64,000 bases of DNA from Patescibacteria group bacterium (lineage in GTDB: Bacteria; Patescibacteriota; Patescibacteriia; JBAZBY01), in contig JBAZBY010000001.1 of assembly GCA_041671225.1 (NCBI GenBank), forward strand, positions 558,940 to 622,939, read 5' to 3'. The notes below the pieces were generated by a model that searched no databases, was not told the origin of the DNA, and saw only the letters and a program-made list of their open reading frames with translations. The translations under genes were made by a program, and so were the position numbers. How positions within the stretch are numbered: the first letter of the stretch is position 1; each line of letters opens with the position of its first letter. Shown here in pieces: positions 28,629 through 38,432 of this stretch.

Positions 28629-28685
28629 ATACCCACCTCCTTTCAATTTTTTTCCTTACAATACATGCAACGAATGAGATAAAGG

Positions 28686-29327
28686 TTACGGATTCCACGC
28701 GAGCGTGATCGCGCGGATATCGCGAGCGCCATGCTGTGTAAGTGCATGCGCTGCGGCAGCAAGTGTTGCTCCGCTCGTTACCACGTCATCAATCAGTATA
28801 GCAGACCGAGGAACGATGGTGGTGCCCTTACGGACAACCAACGCATTGTGCATGTTTTCCTTGCGTTTTGCAAGTCCCAGGCTCGCTTGGCGCTTCACGG
28901 GTCGGGCGTAATGCAGTATATCTTGCGTTGGGCATCCGTAGTGCTGCTGCAGGAGAAAGGCTAACGTCTGCGGTGGCGCAAAGCCGCGCTGGTTATTATG
29001 GCTACGCTGCGTTGGCACAGGAACAAGCACGTCATGATGTGAAAGGTTCATCTGTTTGCACCCCTCCAGAAAAAGAGGGATCAATATCTCCTCCGCATGA
29101 CGGTTTCCGCGGTACTTCCACTCGCGAAACAAGCGCTTAATGATCGGGTTGTGATAAGAAACACAGCTCCATGTTGCTGGTATTCCGGGGGCGTGGCGGA
29201 TAAGGGGATGCAGTGTTGCGGCACATATGGCACACACCAGTGCGCCGGTCTTATGACATGCAACACACCGCTCTGGGAAGAGGAGTGATGTTAGTAGGTT
29301 AGGGAGCTTAGAGAACCTAGCCGACAT
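28686..29327 (-). CDS. comF: ComF-family protein (phosphoribosyltransferase-domain competence protein)
   Basis: N-terminal zinc-finger-like 'CVACHKTGALVCAICA'; C-terminal PRTase motif 'ILIDDVVTSGATL'. Confidence 0.8.
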   Translation of the reverse strand: MSARFSKLPNLLTSLLFPERCVACHKTGALVCAICAATLHPLIRHAPGIPATWSCVSYHNPIIKRLFREWKYRGNRHAEEILIPLFLEGCKQMNLSHHDVLVPVPTQRSHNNQRGFAPPQTLAFLLQQHYGCPTQDILHYARPVKRQASLGLAKRKENMHNALVVRKGTTIVPRSAILIDDVVTSGATLAAAAHALTQHGARDIRAITLAWNP

Positions 29328-29679
29328 AGAGCCTTGTAAGCATACTATTGAGCATCCTCATTACCTCATCAAGTAGTTGATCCACTTTTTGGTATGCGTC
29401 GTGCGGCAAGGACATCGTTCGTTTCGAGATGATGATCTGTGTTTCAAGCTCTGCGCCAGACGCATAGGCAATTCTTAGGAATCTTCCGTACTCTTTTGCC
29501 GTCCAACGATACTTTCCCTCAGCAATATTTGAAGGTATTGAGATTGACGTTTTTCTGATATGCGCAGTAAGCCCGAATTGCTCATTCATGGGGAAACGTT
29601 TTGTGAGTTCATATATTGCAACAACAAGCTCAATCGAGCGTTGCCACACAATGAGTTTGCGATAAGAAACAATGGACAT
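29317..29679 (-). CDS. Four-helix-bundle protein (23S rRNA intervening-sequence protein family)
   Basis: 'YRKLIVWQRSIELVVAIYELTKRFP..E.FGLT.HIRK.SISIPSNIAEG' family signature. Confidence 0.75.
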   Translation of the reverse strand: MSIVSYRKLIVWQRSIELVVAIYELTKRFPMNEQFGLTAHIRKTSISIPSNIAEGKYRWTAKEYGRFLRIAYASGAELETQIIISKRTMSLPHDAYQKVDQLLDEVMRMLNSMLTRLYVG

Positions 29680-29731
29680 ATATGTATGCCACCGTTTAAT
29701 GATGATTAACCTTGCTAACTTCTCTAACTCT

Positions 29732-32269
29732 CTAACCTGCTTTTTTCACCTCAAGGCCGTCGCCCTTTGTTGTTACCTTGACCGTTGTTCCGGGAGGAAT
29801 CGCTCCAGTAAGCATTTGCTCCGCAAGCGGGTTCTCTATCTTGTCTTGAATAACCTTACGGATCGCGCGCGCGCCCTGATCTGGAGAAAAGCTTTCCTGA
29901 ATGATGTAGTGTTTTGCCTTTGCATCAATTTGGATCTTCAGCGCCTGCTCAGCGAGCCGAGCGGAGAGTTCTTTGATCTGCAGGTCAACGATTTTTGTGA
30001 GTGTTTTTTTATCGAGCGGACGATACACGATTGTATGATCCACGCGGTTCAGGAATTCCGGGAGAAATTCCTGCTTCAGCTGCGCGAGCACCTCAGTTTC
30101 AATTTTTTCATAGTGCTTTTCTGCTGCCTGTTCTTCATTTCCTGTTTCTGTGTCAAAGCCAAGCGCCTGCGCCTCATTGAGCGACTTCATTCCGATATTT
30201 GACGTCATGATGATGATGGTGTTTGAGAAGTTTACTTCTTTACCAGAGCCATCAGTCAGCACGCCATTGTCCAATACCTGGAGAAAGACATTAAAGATGT
30301 CCGGATGGGCTTTTTCAATTTCATCAAGCAGTACGACGGAATATGGCTTGCGGCGCACAGCCTCCGTGAGTTTGTTTCCATCCTTGTAGCCAACGTATCC
30401 GGCAGGAGCGCCGATAAGCTTTGAAACAGTAAAGCTTTCCTGGAATTCAGACATATCGATGCGGATAAGCGCATTGGGGTCTTCAAACACAAGCTCGGCG
30501 AGCGCCTTTGCCGTTTCTGTTTTACCCACACCAGAAGGTCCGAGGAAGATGAAGGATGCGATAGGTTTTTTTGGGTGCGCCAATCCAACGCGCGAGCGGC
30601 GAATAGCGTTGGCAATAGCCTTGATGGCCGGATCCTGACCCACAATACGATTTTTGAGGAGCTTTTCGATATTGAGCAAACGATTCTTCTCTTCTTTAAG
30701 GAGATCCTCAACCGGCACGCCTGTCATGCGGGAGATGATAGTGGCAATATCCTTCTCCGTAATGGTTCCGCTTGAAGCGGCGTGTTCTTTTTCCTGGCGC
30801 TCTTTCATGCCCTCGAGTTTACTGCCAAGTCCCGCGCCGCGTTCCTTATAGGCAAGTGCTTTTTCAAATTGCCCCTCATGCACGGCATGCATCTTTTGTT
30901 CTTCAAGGACAGTGACCTCTTCTTCAAGCGCACGGATTTCACGCTGCAGACCCTTGGGTTGGTGTTCCACCTTTCTTTTTGATGCCGCTTCGTCAATAAG
31001 ATCGATGGCTTTATCAGGAAGGAACTTGTCCTGCACATACCGCTGTGAAAGCTTTACCGCGGATTCTATGGCTTCATCTGTGATATGCACGCGATGATAT
31101 TTTTCATAATTGTGTTTGATGCCCTGAAGAATGGCGATCGCCTCGATCGTTGTCGGCTCATCAATGATGATCGGCTGGAATCGCCGCTCGAGCGCCGCAT
31201 CGGATTCGATATTTTTTCTGTATTCGTCCAGCGTTGTGGCGCCGATGCAACGCACGTGGCCTTTTGCCAGCGCTGGCTTCAAAATATTCGCGGCGTCCAT
31301 GGAACCGGATGCAGAACCGGTGCCGACGATGGTGTGGATTTCATCAATGAAGAGCACGATATTTGGGTCAGCCTTTATTTCATCGAGCACCTGCTTGAGG
31401 CGGCTCTCGAATTCCCCGCGATAGATGGTTCCGGCGACCATGAGCGCAAGGTCCAGCGCAAGAATGCGCTTGTTCGCAAGTTCGTCAGGGACATCGCCCT
31501 CCATGATCTTTTTTGCCAGTCCTTCGACGATCGCTGTTTTGCCCACGCCAGGGTCACCAATAAGTACGGGATTATTTTTTGTGCGGCGCGAAAGGATATG
31601 CACGAGTCGTTCGATTTCCTTGCCGCGCCCAATCACAGGGTCAATGTTTTTTTGCGCTTCTTTTGTGGTGAGGTCTTGCGCAAAATATTCCAACGCTTGT
31701 GTCTGTTGTTCACGCCCTACAAAATCCGGTTCCGTGCCCATCGGTAATGCACCGCCGCCAGCAGATTCAGCGGGTGTATCAAAGAAGTTCGTAAGTTCAG
31801 GAAACTTTGAGGTGGATTTGAGTACCATCAACAATTGACGGTTTGCCTCAGAAAGACGGAAGTTTGCTTCGGTGAAGAATTCTTTTATCTCTGGATCAGA
31901 AAGCTCAAACAGCGCATTCATCAAATGTTCCGTACCGACATATTTATGCTTGAATTGGTTCGCCGTGAGTACGGATCGCTCCAATGCCTTTTTGGCAGCA
32001 GGGGAGAAGGTAAGATCGTCAACAGAAAGCTGATCCTGTTTGATCGCAGGTTTCTTGTGGCGCAGTTCAATGAATGTCTTTAAATGGTCAGTTTTGAGCC
32101 CGCTCCTGCGAAGGATCTCATACGCAACGCCGCCCTTGCTTTCCGCAAGGCCGTAGAGGAGATAGAGAGGTTCAATAGACGAGCAACCGAGTTCAAGCGC
32201 GAACCGTGAGGAGGCATCGAGCGTCCGTTTGAGATGTGCGCTGAATTTATTGAGAATGTTCGGACGCAT
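29732..32269 (-). CDS. clpC: ATP-dependent Clp protease ATP-binding subunit (ClpC-type, two AAA+ modules with a UVR-like motif)
   Basis: Clp-N repeats; Walker A 'GDPGVGKTAIVEGLA' and 'GPSGVGKTETAKALA'; UVR-like 'EIRALEEEVTVLEEQKMHAVHEGQFEKA'. Confidence 0.9.
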   Translation of the reverse strand: MRPNILNKFSAHLKRTLDASSRFALELGCSSIEPLYLLYGLAESKGGVAYEILRRSGLKTDHLKTFIELRHKKPAIKQDQLSVDDLTFSPAAKKALERSVLTANQFKHKYVGTEHLMNALFELSDPEIKEFFTEANFRLSEANRQLLMVLKSTSKFPELTNFFDTPAESAGGGALPMGTEPDFVGREQQTQALEYFAQDLTTKEAQKNIDPVIGRGKEIERLVHILSRRTKNNPVLIGDPGVGKTAIVEGLAKKIMEGDVPDELANKRILALDLALMVAGTIYRGEFESRLKQVLDEIKADPNIVLFIDEIHTIVGTGSASGSMDAANILKPALAKGHVRCIGATTLDEYRKNIESDAALERRFQPIIIDEPTTIEAIAILQGIKHNYEKYHRVHITDEAIESAVKLSQRYVQDKFLPDKAIDLIDEAASKRKVEHQPKGLQREIRALEEEVTVLEEQKMHAVHEGQFEKALAYKERGAGLGSKLEGMKERQEKEHAASSGTITEKDIATIISRMTGVPVEDLLKEEKNRLLNIEKLLKNRIVGQDPAIKAIANAIRRSRVGLAHPKKPIASFIFLGPSGVGKTETAKALAELVFEDPNALIRIDMSEFQESFTVSKLIGAPAGYVGYKDGNKLTEAVRRKPYSVVLLDEIEKAHPDIFNVFLQVLDNGVLTDGSGKEVNFSNTIIIMTSNIGMKSLNEAQALGFDTETGNEEQAAEKHYEKIETEVLAQLKQEFLPEFLNRVDHTIVYRPLDKKTLTKIVDLQIKELSARLAEQALKIQIDAKAKHYIIQESFSPDQGARAIRKVIQDKIENPLAEQMLTGAIPPGTTVKVTTKGDGLEVKKAG

Positions 32270-32303
32270 TGTGCGTACACAATACGGAGATCAAGCCCCT
32301 TTG

Positions 32304-33227
32304 TCAATGGCTTTCGTGCATGTTTCCCATCTCGCGCAGCAGCCGAATGCGGTCTTCAATGGGAGGGTGCGTGGAGAAGAGTTTTTTGGTGCCGCTTGCG
32401 TTCGGGCCAAACGGGTTACTAAGAAAGAGATGCGCTGTTGCGCCATTGGCATGGAGGAGCTTCCCGTTCTGTTGGTTCTTCAATTTTTCTAGCGCGCTTG
32501 CAAGGCCTTCCGGGAACCGCGTGAGCAGCGCACCGGACGCATCCGCAAGATATTCTCGTTTGCGGGAGATAGCAAGCTTGATGATTTCCGCAATGATCGG
32601 CGCGAAGATGATCAGAACGACGCCAACGATCCCAAAGATCGCTCCAAGCTGGCCATTTCCGTTTCCGTTTTTTCGTCCGCCGCCAAAGAAGGAGATGCGG
32701 AAGAAGAATTGCGAGAGAAGGGTAATGACGCCAACAAGCACAACAACAAGCGTCATAAAGCGAATGTCGAAATTTTTTATATGAGAAAGTTCGTGCGCGA
32801 TCACGCCTTCGAGTTCTTCGTTTTCAAGATTCTCAATGATGCCAGTCGTGAGCGCGATAGATGCATTTTTTGGCGAGCGTCCCGTTGCAAAGGCGTTCAT
32901 TGCCTGGTCAGGGATGATGTATATCTTTGGCATTGGCATGCCGGATGTAATGCAAAGATTTTCGACCATGCGATAGACATAATCATTTTGCCCTTTTTGC
33001 AATGGCCCTTGTGCGCCAGAAACCCGCAGCGCAATTTTATCACCCTTGAAGTAGCCAACAAGATTCATCACCAGTGCAAAGAGCACCGCCATCGTCAGGA
33101 GGCCATAGCCAAACCCAAGCGGTTCGGCAAAGATCCAACCGATCGCAGCGATGAACAGCGTGAAGCCGACGATCAAGAAGAATGACCGTCGTTTATTGGC
33201 GGCAATGTAATCGTACGTTGTCGCCAT
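32304..33227 (-). CDS. htpX: M48-family zinc metalloprotease HtpX
   Basis: 'HELSHIKNFD' HExxH motif, four TM helices. Confidence 0.85.
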   Translation of the reverse strand: MATTYDYIAANKRRSFFLIVGFTLFIAAIGWIFAEPLGFGYGLLTMAVLFALVMNLVGYFKGDKIALRVSGAQGPLQKGQNDYVYRMVENLCITSGMPMPKIYIIPDQAMNAFATGRSPKNASIALTTGIIENLENEELEGVIAHELSHIKNFDIRFMTLVVVLVGVITLLSQFFFRISFFGGGRKNGNGNGQLGAIFGIVGVVLIIFAPIIAEIIKLAISRKREYLADASGALLTRFPEGLASALEKLKNQQNGKLLHANGATAHLFLSNPFGPNASGTKKLFSTHPPIEDRIRLLREMGNMHESH

Positions 33228-33230
33228 GGA

Positions 33231-33794
33231 CTATTTATCGAACGAGACCTTGACGTTCTCGCGTTCTGCGGCGTCGGCAACTTCAAAGAATTCGTACTTT
33301 TTGAATCCGAGCATGCTTGCCACCAGCGTATTCGGAAAGACCTGAATCTTCGTGTTGAAGTCACGTACATTGCCATTGTAGAAGCGACGTGATGCCTGCA
33401 CTTTGTTTTCAGTGTCAGTGAGCTCATCCTGCAACTTCGCAAAGTTCGTGTTTGCTTTGAGGTCAGGGTAGCTTTCAGCAACCGCAAAGAGGCTCTTCAA
33501 TGCACCTTCAAGCATGTTTTCTGCCTGTGCCTGATCCTTCTGGCCATGCGGCTGCATCGCGTTCGCGCGGGCTTCCGTCACTTTTGTGAAGACGCCTTCC
33601 TCGTGCTTTGCGTATCCTTTGACCGTTTCTACCAGGTTGGGGATAAGGTCATAGCGACGCTTCAATTGCACATCAATGTCTGACCATGCTTCATCAACGC
33701 GATTGCGGAGCTGAATGAGTCCATTGTAGACACCAATGAGCCAGAAAGCCGCAAGGACGATGAGACCGAGAATATACCAGAGAATATTACTCAT
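33231..33794 (-). CDS. lemA: LemA-family protein
   Basis: N-terminal TM plus 'NGLIQLRNRVDEAWSDIDVQLKRRYDLIPNLVETVKGY'. Confidence 0.85.
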   Translation of the reverse strand: MSNILWYILGLIVLAAFWLIGVYNGLIQLRNRVDEAWSDIDVQLKRRYDLIPNLVETVKGYAKHEEGVFTKVTEARANAMQPHGQKDQAQAENMLEGALKSLFAVAESYPDLKANTNFAKLQDELTDTENKVQASRRFYNGNVRDFNTKIQVFPNTLVASMLGFKKYEFFEVADAAERENVKVSFDK

Positions 33795-33805
33795 ATACGA
33801 TACGT

Positions 33806-34312
33806 TTAAGATTCTTCCTCAATACTGTAACGCTCAATGCGCGTTGCGGTAAAGACGTCTTGATTAACAATGTTTTCGCTGGAAGTTGCATTAATGGTGT
33901 CTCCCAGCGTTAATTCCGAAGCGGTCATGCCTGCTGTGGTGAGTTCTGTCTCACCGAATGCAAGATGCCGTTCTTGATATTCTGTCGTATCTGTCACGAG
34001 GATCATGAAGCGCTGCTCATAGACAGTGCCATTTCTGACTGCCTGGGATGAAATAACCATATAATCGTCTTCAAGCTCAACGATCTCACCGCTGCGGGTG
34101 TAGATTTTCTCAAGTGCGTCATCGATCTGAATGTCCGTGGCAACGGCCTTTGGGTCAAAACTTTCAACGGTCGTATCCACCTCCCGTGATTTTTGGATGA
34201 ACAAAATGATGACAAAAGCCAAAAGCACGAGAACGAGGAGGATAATGAGCCCATGTCGACGTACGTCGAATGTCGTTGGTTTTCCTTTCGTTGTCTGCCC
34301 TTGTTCCGTCAT
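33806..34312 (-). CDS. Hypothetical membrane-anchored protein
   Basis: TM 'LIILLVLVLLAFVIILFI', then a soluble domain. Confidence 0.45.
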   Translation of the reverse strand: MTEQGQTTKGKPTTFDVRRHGLIILLVLVLLAFVIILFIQKSREVDTTVESFDPKAVATDIQIDDALEKIYTRSGEIVELEDDYMVISSQAVRNGTVYEQRFMILVTDTTEYQERHLAFGETELTTAGMTASELTLGDTINATSSENIVNQDVFTATRIERYSIEEES

Positions 34313-34380
34313 AATAGACAGTGAACTCTACTTTATGGTATTATATGCCTATAAACGCTGACTGTCAAAACGGTCTCGTT

Positions 34381-35343
34381 ATGAAAAAACGTCAAATTTT
34401 TTTCCTCCTTCCCACTTTACTCTTGCTTGTCTTCGTGCTTTTTCAGCACGCTGATTTGACGAGTGCACAGAATCCTCCCTTCACCACTCCGACGCTGCCG
34501 GCGCCGTCAGGTTCCACACAACCCTTTATTGATACGAGCGACACAGCCCAAACCAAGGAAGGATCGCTTATTTTGGATGGAACAGGTCCGGTTACCCTTT
34601 GTTTGGGAGGCGACCCCACAAATCCTGCTTACCCTTCCGATTGTCCTGCGGATTCAGATGTGAATGTGCTCCAACTGAATAATGAGGAGATCGTCCAATT
34701 GGGCGTTCCTTCTGATGGCATTCCACTTGAGGTATTGTCAAACACAAGCCCGCTTTATACCGGTTTTGCGCGACTCCGAGCGCAGGCAGACCAGAGTTAT
34801 GCCATGGGACTCAATGGAAATGGTTCAGGTGGCGGATTTCCATGGGTTGCCGCACTGGTTGCACAGGCAGGCCCGCAGAATGCCGCATCACCATCATTGC
34901 AACGCTATGGTATCCGCGCAGAAGCACGGGTGAATTTGGACACTGCCTATGCCATTTATGGGACTGATATTTGGTTTGACCCTGCCAACGTCCCGAGTAG
35001 TGCGTATGCTGCCAAATTTGACGGGCAGACAGGCTTGAAGGGTGATCTTATGCTTGGTGATGATATTTATCAAAAGCAGCTCTGTTTGAATGGTGAAGAT
35101 AGCGGCCATTGCATCTCCGCATGGGACCCGGAAGGGTCTGGTTTTGCGTTCATTGAGCTGCAAGCCACAGACGTGCCTTCTGTGCCGCAAACAGGCTCAG
35201 TGAGTCTTCGCGGGAATGGGCAGCTGCATTCCGCGATCATTGGCCCAATTGGCGACATTCCATTTTCTTTTACTTGTGGCGACTTAGCGTGTAATGGAAT
35301 AGAAGCAGCCACAGGTCCTAACCAATGCTCTGATTGTTTATAA
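34381..35343 (+). CDS. Secreted protein P1 of the pilus-adjacent array (signal peptide; paralog of P2)
   Basis: 'MKKRQIFFLLPTLLLLVFVLF'; 'TAQTKEGSLILDGTGPVTL'; 'YAAKFDGQTGLKGDLML'; C-terminal 'FSFTCGDLACNG...CSDCL'. Confidence 0.55.
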   Translation: MKKRQIFFLLPTLLLLVFVLFQHADLTSAQNPPFTTPTLPAPSGSTQPFIDTSDTAQTKEGSLILDGTGPVTLCLGGDPTNPAYPSDCPADSDVNVLQLNNEEIVQLGVPSDGIPLEVLSNTSPLYTGFARLRAQADQSYAMGLNGNGSGGGFPWVAALVAQAGPQNAASPSLQRYGIRAEARVNLDTAYAIYGTDIWFDPANVPSSAYAAKFDGQTGLKGDLMLGDDIYQKQLCLNGEDSGHCISAWDPEGSGFAFIELQATDVPSVPQTGSVSLRGNGQLHSAIIGPIGDIPFSFTCGDLACNGIEAATGPNQCSDCL

Positions 35344-35348
35344 CGACT

Positions 35349-37661
35349 ATGTCTATGAAAAGGGGTTACCTTACCATTGCCGCACTCATGCTTTTCATCA
35401 TATTTGGTGTGCAGCAGGTGCATGCGCAAGCTTTTACCGAGCCAACAGACCTTCCGCCAGGCGGGAGCGAAGTGGCGCCGCCGCTCAATACTTCGTCTAC
35501 GACGCAGACAAAGCAGGGAAATTTGAGGTTAGATGGACCAAATCCCGTACGCCTTGAGATAGGGAATAGTTCAGAAACAGGAAATTCCATATGTCTCAAT
35601 GGCGTGTGTAAGACGGATCTTTTTTTTGAAAATTACATTTTATTGCAAGATGGTCCAACCTCTGCTGGCAGCACGCAGGGAGGTTTTACAAAAGTGAGCG
35701 CGAAATCAGGACAACAATATGCGATTTATGCTGAAGGTTCGGAGCCGACAACCGATTGGACTGCCGGGCTTTTTGGCACTGTTGCGTCTGCTGGAAGCGG
35801 TCCATACAAACGTTATGGCGTGGTTGGGCAGTCAACGTCGAATGACGAGCTGGCCGTTGGCGTGTATGGGTATAGCGAGTTTGATGCTGCGTATGCCGGA
35901 TACTTTGATGGACGCGTGCGCGTTGCCGGCGATTTACTGATCTCACCCTATGTTGATGATGCGGGAGCCACACAGCAATCAAAGATCTGTTTGAACGACC
36001 CAGGTAACGAATCACAATGCGTCACGGAATGGCCATTCAGCTTAAGCGGTCAGTTCGTGCGTCTGCAAAAGGTGGGTACGCCTACATTGGATGACGGAAG
36101 TTTGAATATTTCCGGCAGCGGAACATTCTCCAGTATCGTGCTCGGAACCGCGCCAGCAAACACGCCTTTTGATATCACCTGTGGCGATGGCGTGTGTCAG
36201 CCAACGTCATTACCAGCCGAAACGGTCAGTTCGTGTCCCATAGACTGCTTTGCGGTGACCAATATTTCCGTTCAGAAATTCGTGAATTCTGCGACCATCA
36301 GCTGGATCACCACAGAGCCAACAACGGGTTCGGTGGATTTTGGGCCATCAACATTCTATTCGGATGACGTGGTTGACACGAACTTTGCAGGTACCCACGG
36401 ACCGCTCACGATGAATAATCTGCAGCCGGATACAACATATTTTTACCGCATTATTTCCGTTTCTGAATCCGGCGCTGTTGCGTCGAGTAATTGCTCCCCA
36501 AATCCTTCGTGTAGCTTTCGCACATTGCCAACGGATCTATCACCGCCCTCAACAGTGCAGAATCTTCGGATAAACGGCAGTGTTGCATGGGATAGCATTC
36601 CAATAGCATGGGACGCGGCATCGGATAATGTTGCGATTTTGCACTATATTCTTGAGCGCAATGATGGCACGGGCTTTGTGGCGGTCGGCGGAAATATCAT
36701 TGGGACAAGCTATACTGATACCGCAGTCATTCCAAGTAAACAATATACCTATCGCGTGAAAGCCGTGGATACGGCCTTGAATCCAAGCGCGTCATATAGC
36801 GCCACGTTGATTGTGACGACGCCCGCGCAACCAGCAGACACCACCCCACCGAGCGTTCCCGCGGGGGTATCGGTTGTGGGAACAGCATATTATGATAACG
36901 TGGACCTGCAATGGAGTGCCGTACCTGACGCAGATATAAAGGAGTACAACGTCTACCGCAAACTGACGAGCGAGCCGGACACAGAATGGAAGTTCATTGT
37001 AGCGGTCGCGCAGCCAACCCTCACCTACAAAGATGTCGGGCTTTTGACTCCTGATACTGATTATGATTATGCCGTGAGCGCGGTTGATAATGACAATAAT
37101 GAATCAGACCGCTCAGCAAAGGTAACAGCATCTATTGCGCCAGACACCACGTCGCCGGGGGTCCCCGGAACGGTCTCTATCCAGAATCTCGGGACAACAC
37201 GTCTTAGTGTTTCTTGGCAAAAAAGCGCAGGAGACACAGGTGGTTCAGGACTTGCGGGGTACCGCTTGTATCGCTATGACTGTACGTTAGATCCGCATCC
37301 GGATAATGACTGGCTTGAAGAATGCAATCCTGACCCCGCTCCGCCCCCCGGCGTTGGTTGGACGCTCATCGTACAGACTTCGGTATTGTACTGGTACGAT
37401 AGTAGTATTATTTCAGGACGCCAGTATCAGTATCGCGTTACGGCATATGACAATGCCGGCAATGAAAGCACGGCAACCACGCCAACCAAAGAGGTCTATG
37501 TGCCCTATGATGCATGTACAAGCAACAACCAATGCACCAATCCGCCTGTGCCGAATTCTACATATTCCGTGTGTTGTAATGGAGTATGCACCACAGGGTG
37601 TGGCAGCGGCGACGGTGGCGGCCATCTTCCACCGGTAGAGGTAAAAGGGTTTCTTGATTGA
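35349..37661 (+). CDS. Secreted protein P2: P1-like N-terminal domain, about 5 FN3-like repeats, Cys-rich C terminus
   Basis: 'TTQTKQGNLRLDGPNPVRL', 'YAGYFDGRVRVAGDLLI', 'FDITCGDGVCQP...CPIDCF'; FN3 units 'LQPDTTYFYRIISVS', 'SKQYTYRVKAVD', 'GRQYQYRVTAYD'; tail 'CTSNNQCTNPPVPNSTYSVCCNGVCTTGCGSG'. Confidence 0.6.
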   Translation: MSMKRGYLTIAALMLFIIFGVQQVHAQAFTEPTDLPPGGSEVAPPLNTSSTTQTKQGNLRLDGPNPVRLEIGNSSETGNSICLNGVCKTDLFFENYILLQDGPTSAGSTQGGFTKVSAKSGQQYAIYAEGSEPTTDWTAGLFGTVASAGSGPYKRYGVVGQSTSNDELAVGVYGYSEFDAAYAGYFDGRVRVAGDLLISPYVDDAGATQQSKICLNDPGNESQCVTEWPFSLSGQFVRLQKVGTPTLDDGSLNISGSGTFSSIVLGTAPANTPFDITCGDGVCQPTSLPAETVSSCPIDCFAVTNISVQKFVNSATISWITTEPTTGSVDFGPSTFYSDDVVDTNFAGTHGPLTMNNLQPDTTYFYRIISVSESGAVASSNCSPNPSCSFRTLPTDLSPPSTVQNLRINGSVAWDSIPIAWDAASDNVAILHYILERNDGTGFVAVGGNIIGTSYTDTAVIPSKQYTYRVKAVDTALNPSASYSATLIVTTPAQPADTTPPSVPAGVSVVGTAYYDNVDLQWSAVPDADIKEYNVYRKLTSEPDTEWKFIVAVAQPTLTYKDVGLLTPDTDYDYAVSAVDNDNNESDRSAKVTASIAPDTTSPGVPGTVSIQNLGTTRLSVSWQKSAGDTGGSGLAGYRLYRYDCTLDPHPDNDWLEECNPDPAPPPGVGWTLIVQTSVLYWYDSSIISGRQYQYRVTAYDNAGNESTATTPTKEVYVPYDACTSNNQCTNPPVPNSTYSVCCNGVCTTGCGSGDGGGHLPPVEVKGFLD

Positions 37662-37673
37662 TCGTGAACTGAT

Positions 37674-38432
37674 ATGTTGTTAAACGTTACTTCGCATAAA
37701 CGCTCCCTGCTTTTTCTCCTCATTCTTGGCGGATTGGTTTTTGGCGTTTCCGCAGGCGCGGAGATCGTGAAGCGCGTGACGGTGTATGAAGGAGCGTTGC
37801 GTATTGTGGATTCTCCGGATGGCGGTTCAAGTTATGAAGCGCTTTCTCTTGGTTCTGACGGAAGAGGCATATTCTCCACCAATGAAATCTATATTGCACC
37901 AGGGAGGAGCACTCCAACGTCGTTCTTCCGCGGGCAAGCGGGCACGATCAATGCGGGGTTGTATCTTGACAGTGGTACTGCAGGATTTTCCGCTCTTGAA
38001 GCAGTTGGTGATTCTGCAACGAACCCGGTGCTCGTTGCTGAGCAGCTTGCGAGCGGAAGCTATGCCGGTTATTTTGATGGCGATGTGATTGTTGATGGCG
38101 GGAATCTTGAAGTAACAAAGAGTAAAACTGCAAAGGTCCGCACCTCGCAAGGAGAAGTCTATTTGCATGCGTTGGAATCACCCACAGTGAAGTTCACGGA
38201 TTACGGCGAAGGTATGTTGCACAATGGCACAGCACAGGTGCAGCTTGATCCGCGTTTCATGGAAACGATCGAGGGTGAATATCACGTATTCATCACTGCA
38301 CTCGGTGACCCAACCCCACTCGCGGTGAGTGAGCAGACAACGCAAGGATTCATTGTCAGTGGCGCACGCGACGCTGCCTTTATCTATGAGATCGTTGGTA
38401 CGCGTAAGGGATTTGACGGGAGGAGATTTTAA
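37674..38432 (+). CDS. Secreted protein P3 (signal peptide; Gly-rich middle; conserved C-terminal domain shared with P4 and P5)
   Basis: 'YAGYFDGDVIVDGGNLEV'; C-terminal 'LESPTVKFTDYGEGM...LDPRFMETIEGEYHVFITALG...LAVSEQTTQGFIVSGARDAAFIYEIVGTRKGFDGRRF'. Confidence 0.55.
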   Translation: MLLNVTSHKRSLLFLLILGGLVFGVSAGAEIVKRVTVYEGALRIVDSPDGGSSYEALSLGSDGRGIFSTNEIYIAPGRSTPTSFFRGQAGTINAGLYLDSGTAGFSALEAVGDSATNPVLVAEQLASGSYAGYFDGDVIVDGGNLEVTKSKTAKVRTSQGEVYLHALESPTVKFTDYGEGMLHNGTAQVQLDPRFMETIEGEYHVFITALGDPTPLAVSEQTTQGFIVSGARDAAFIYEIVGTRKGFDGRRF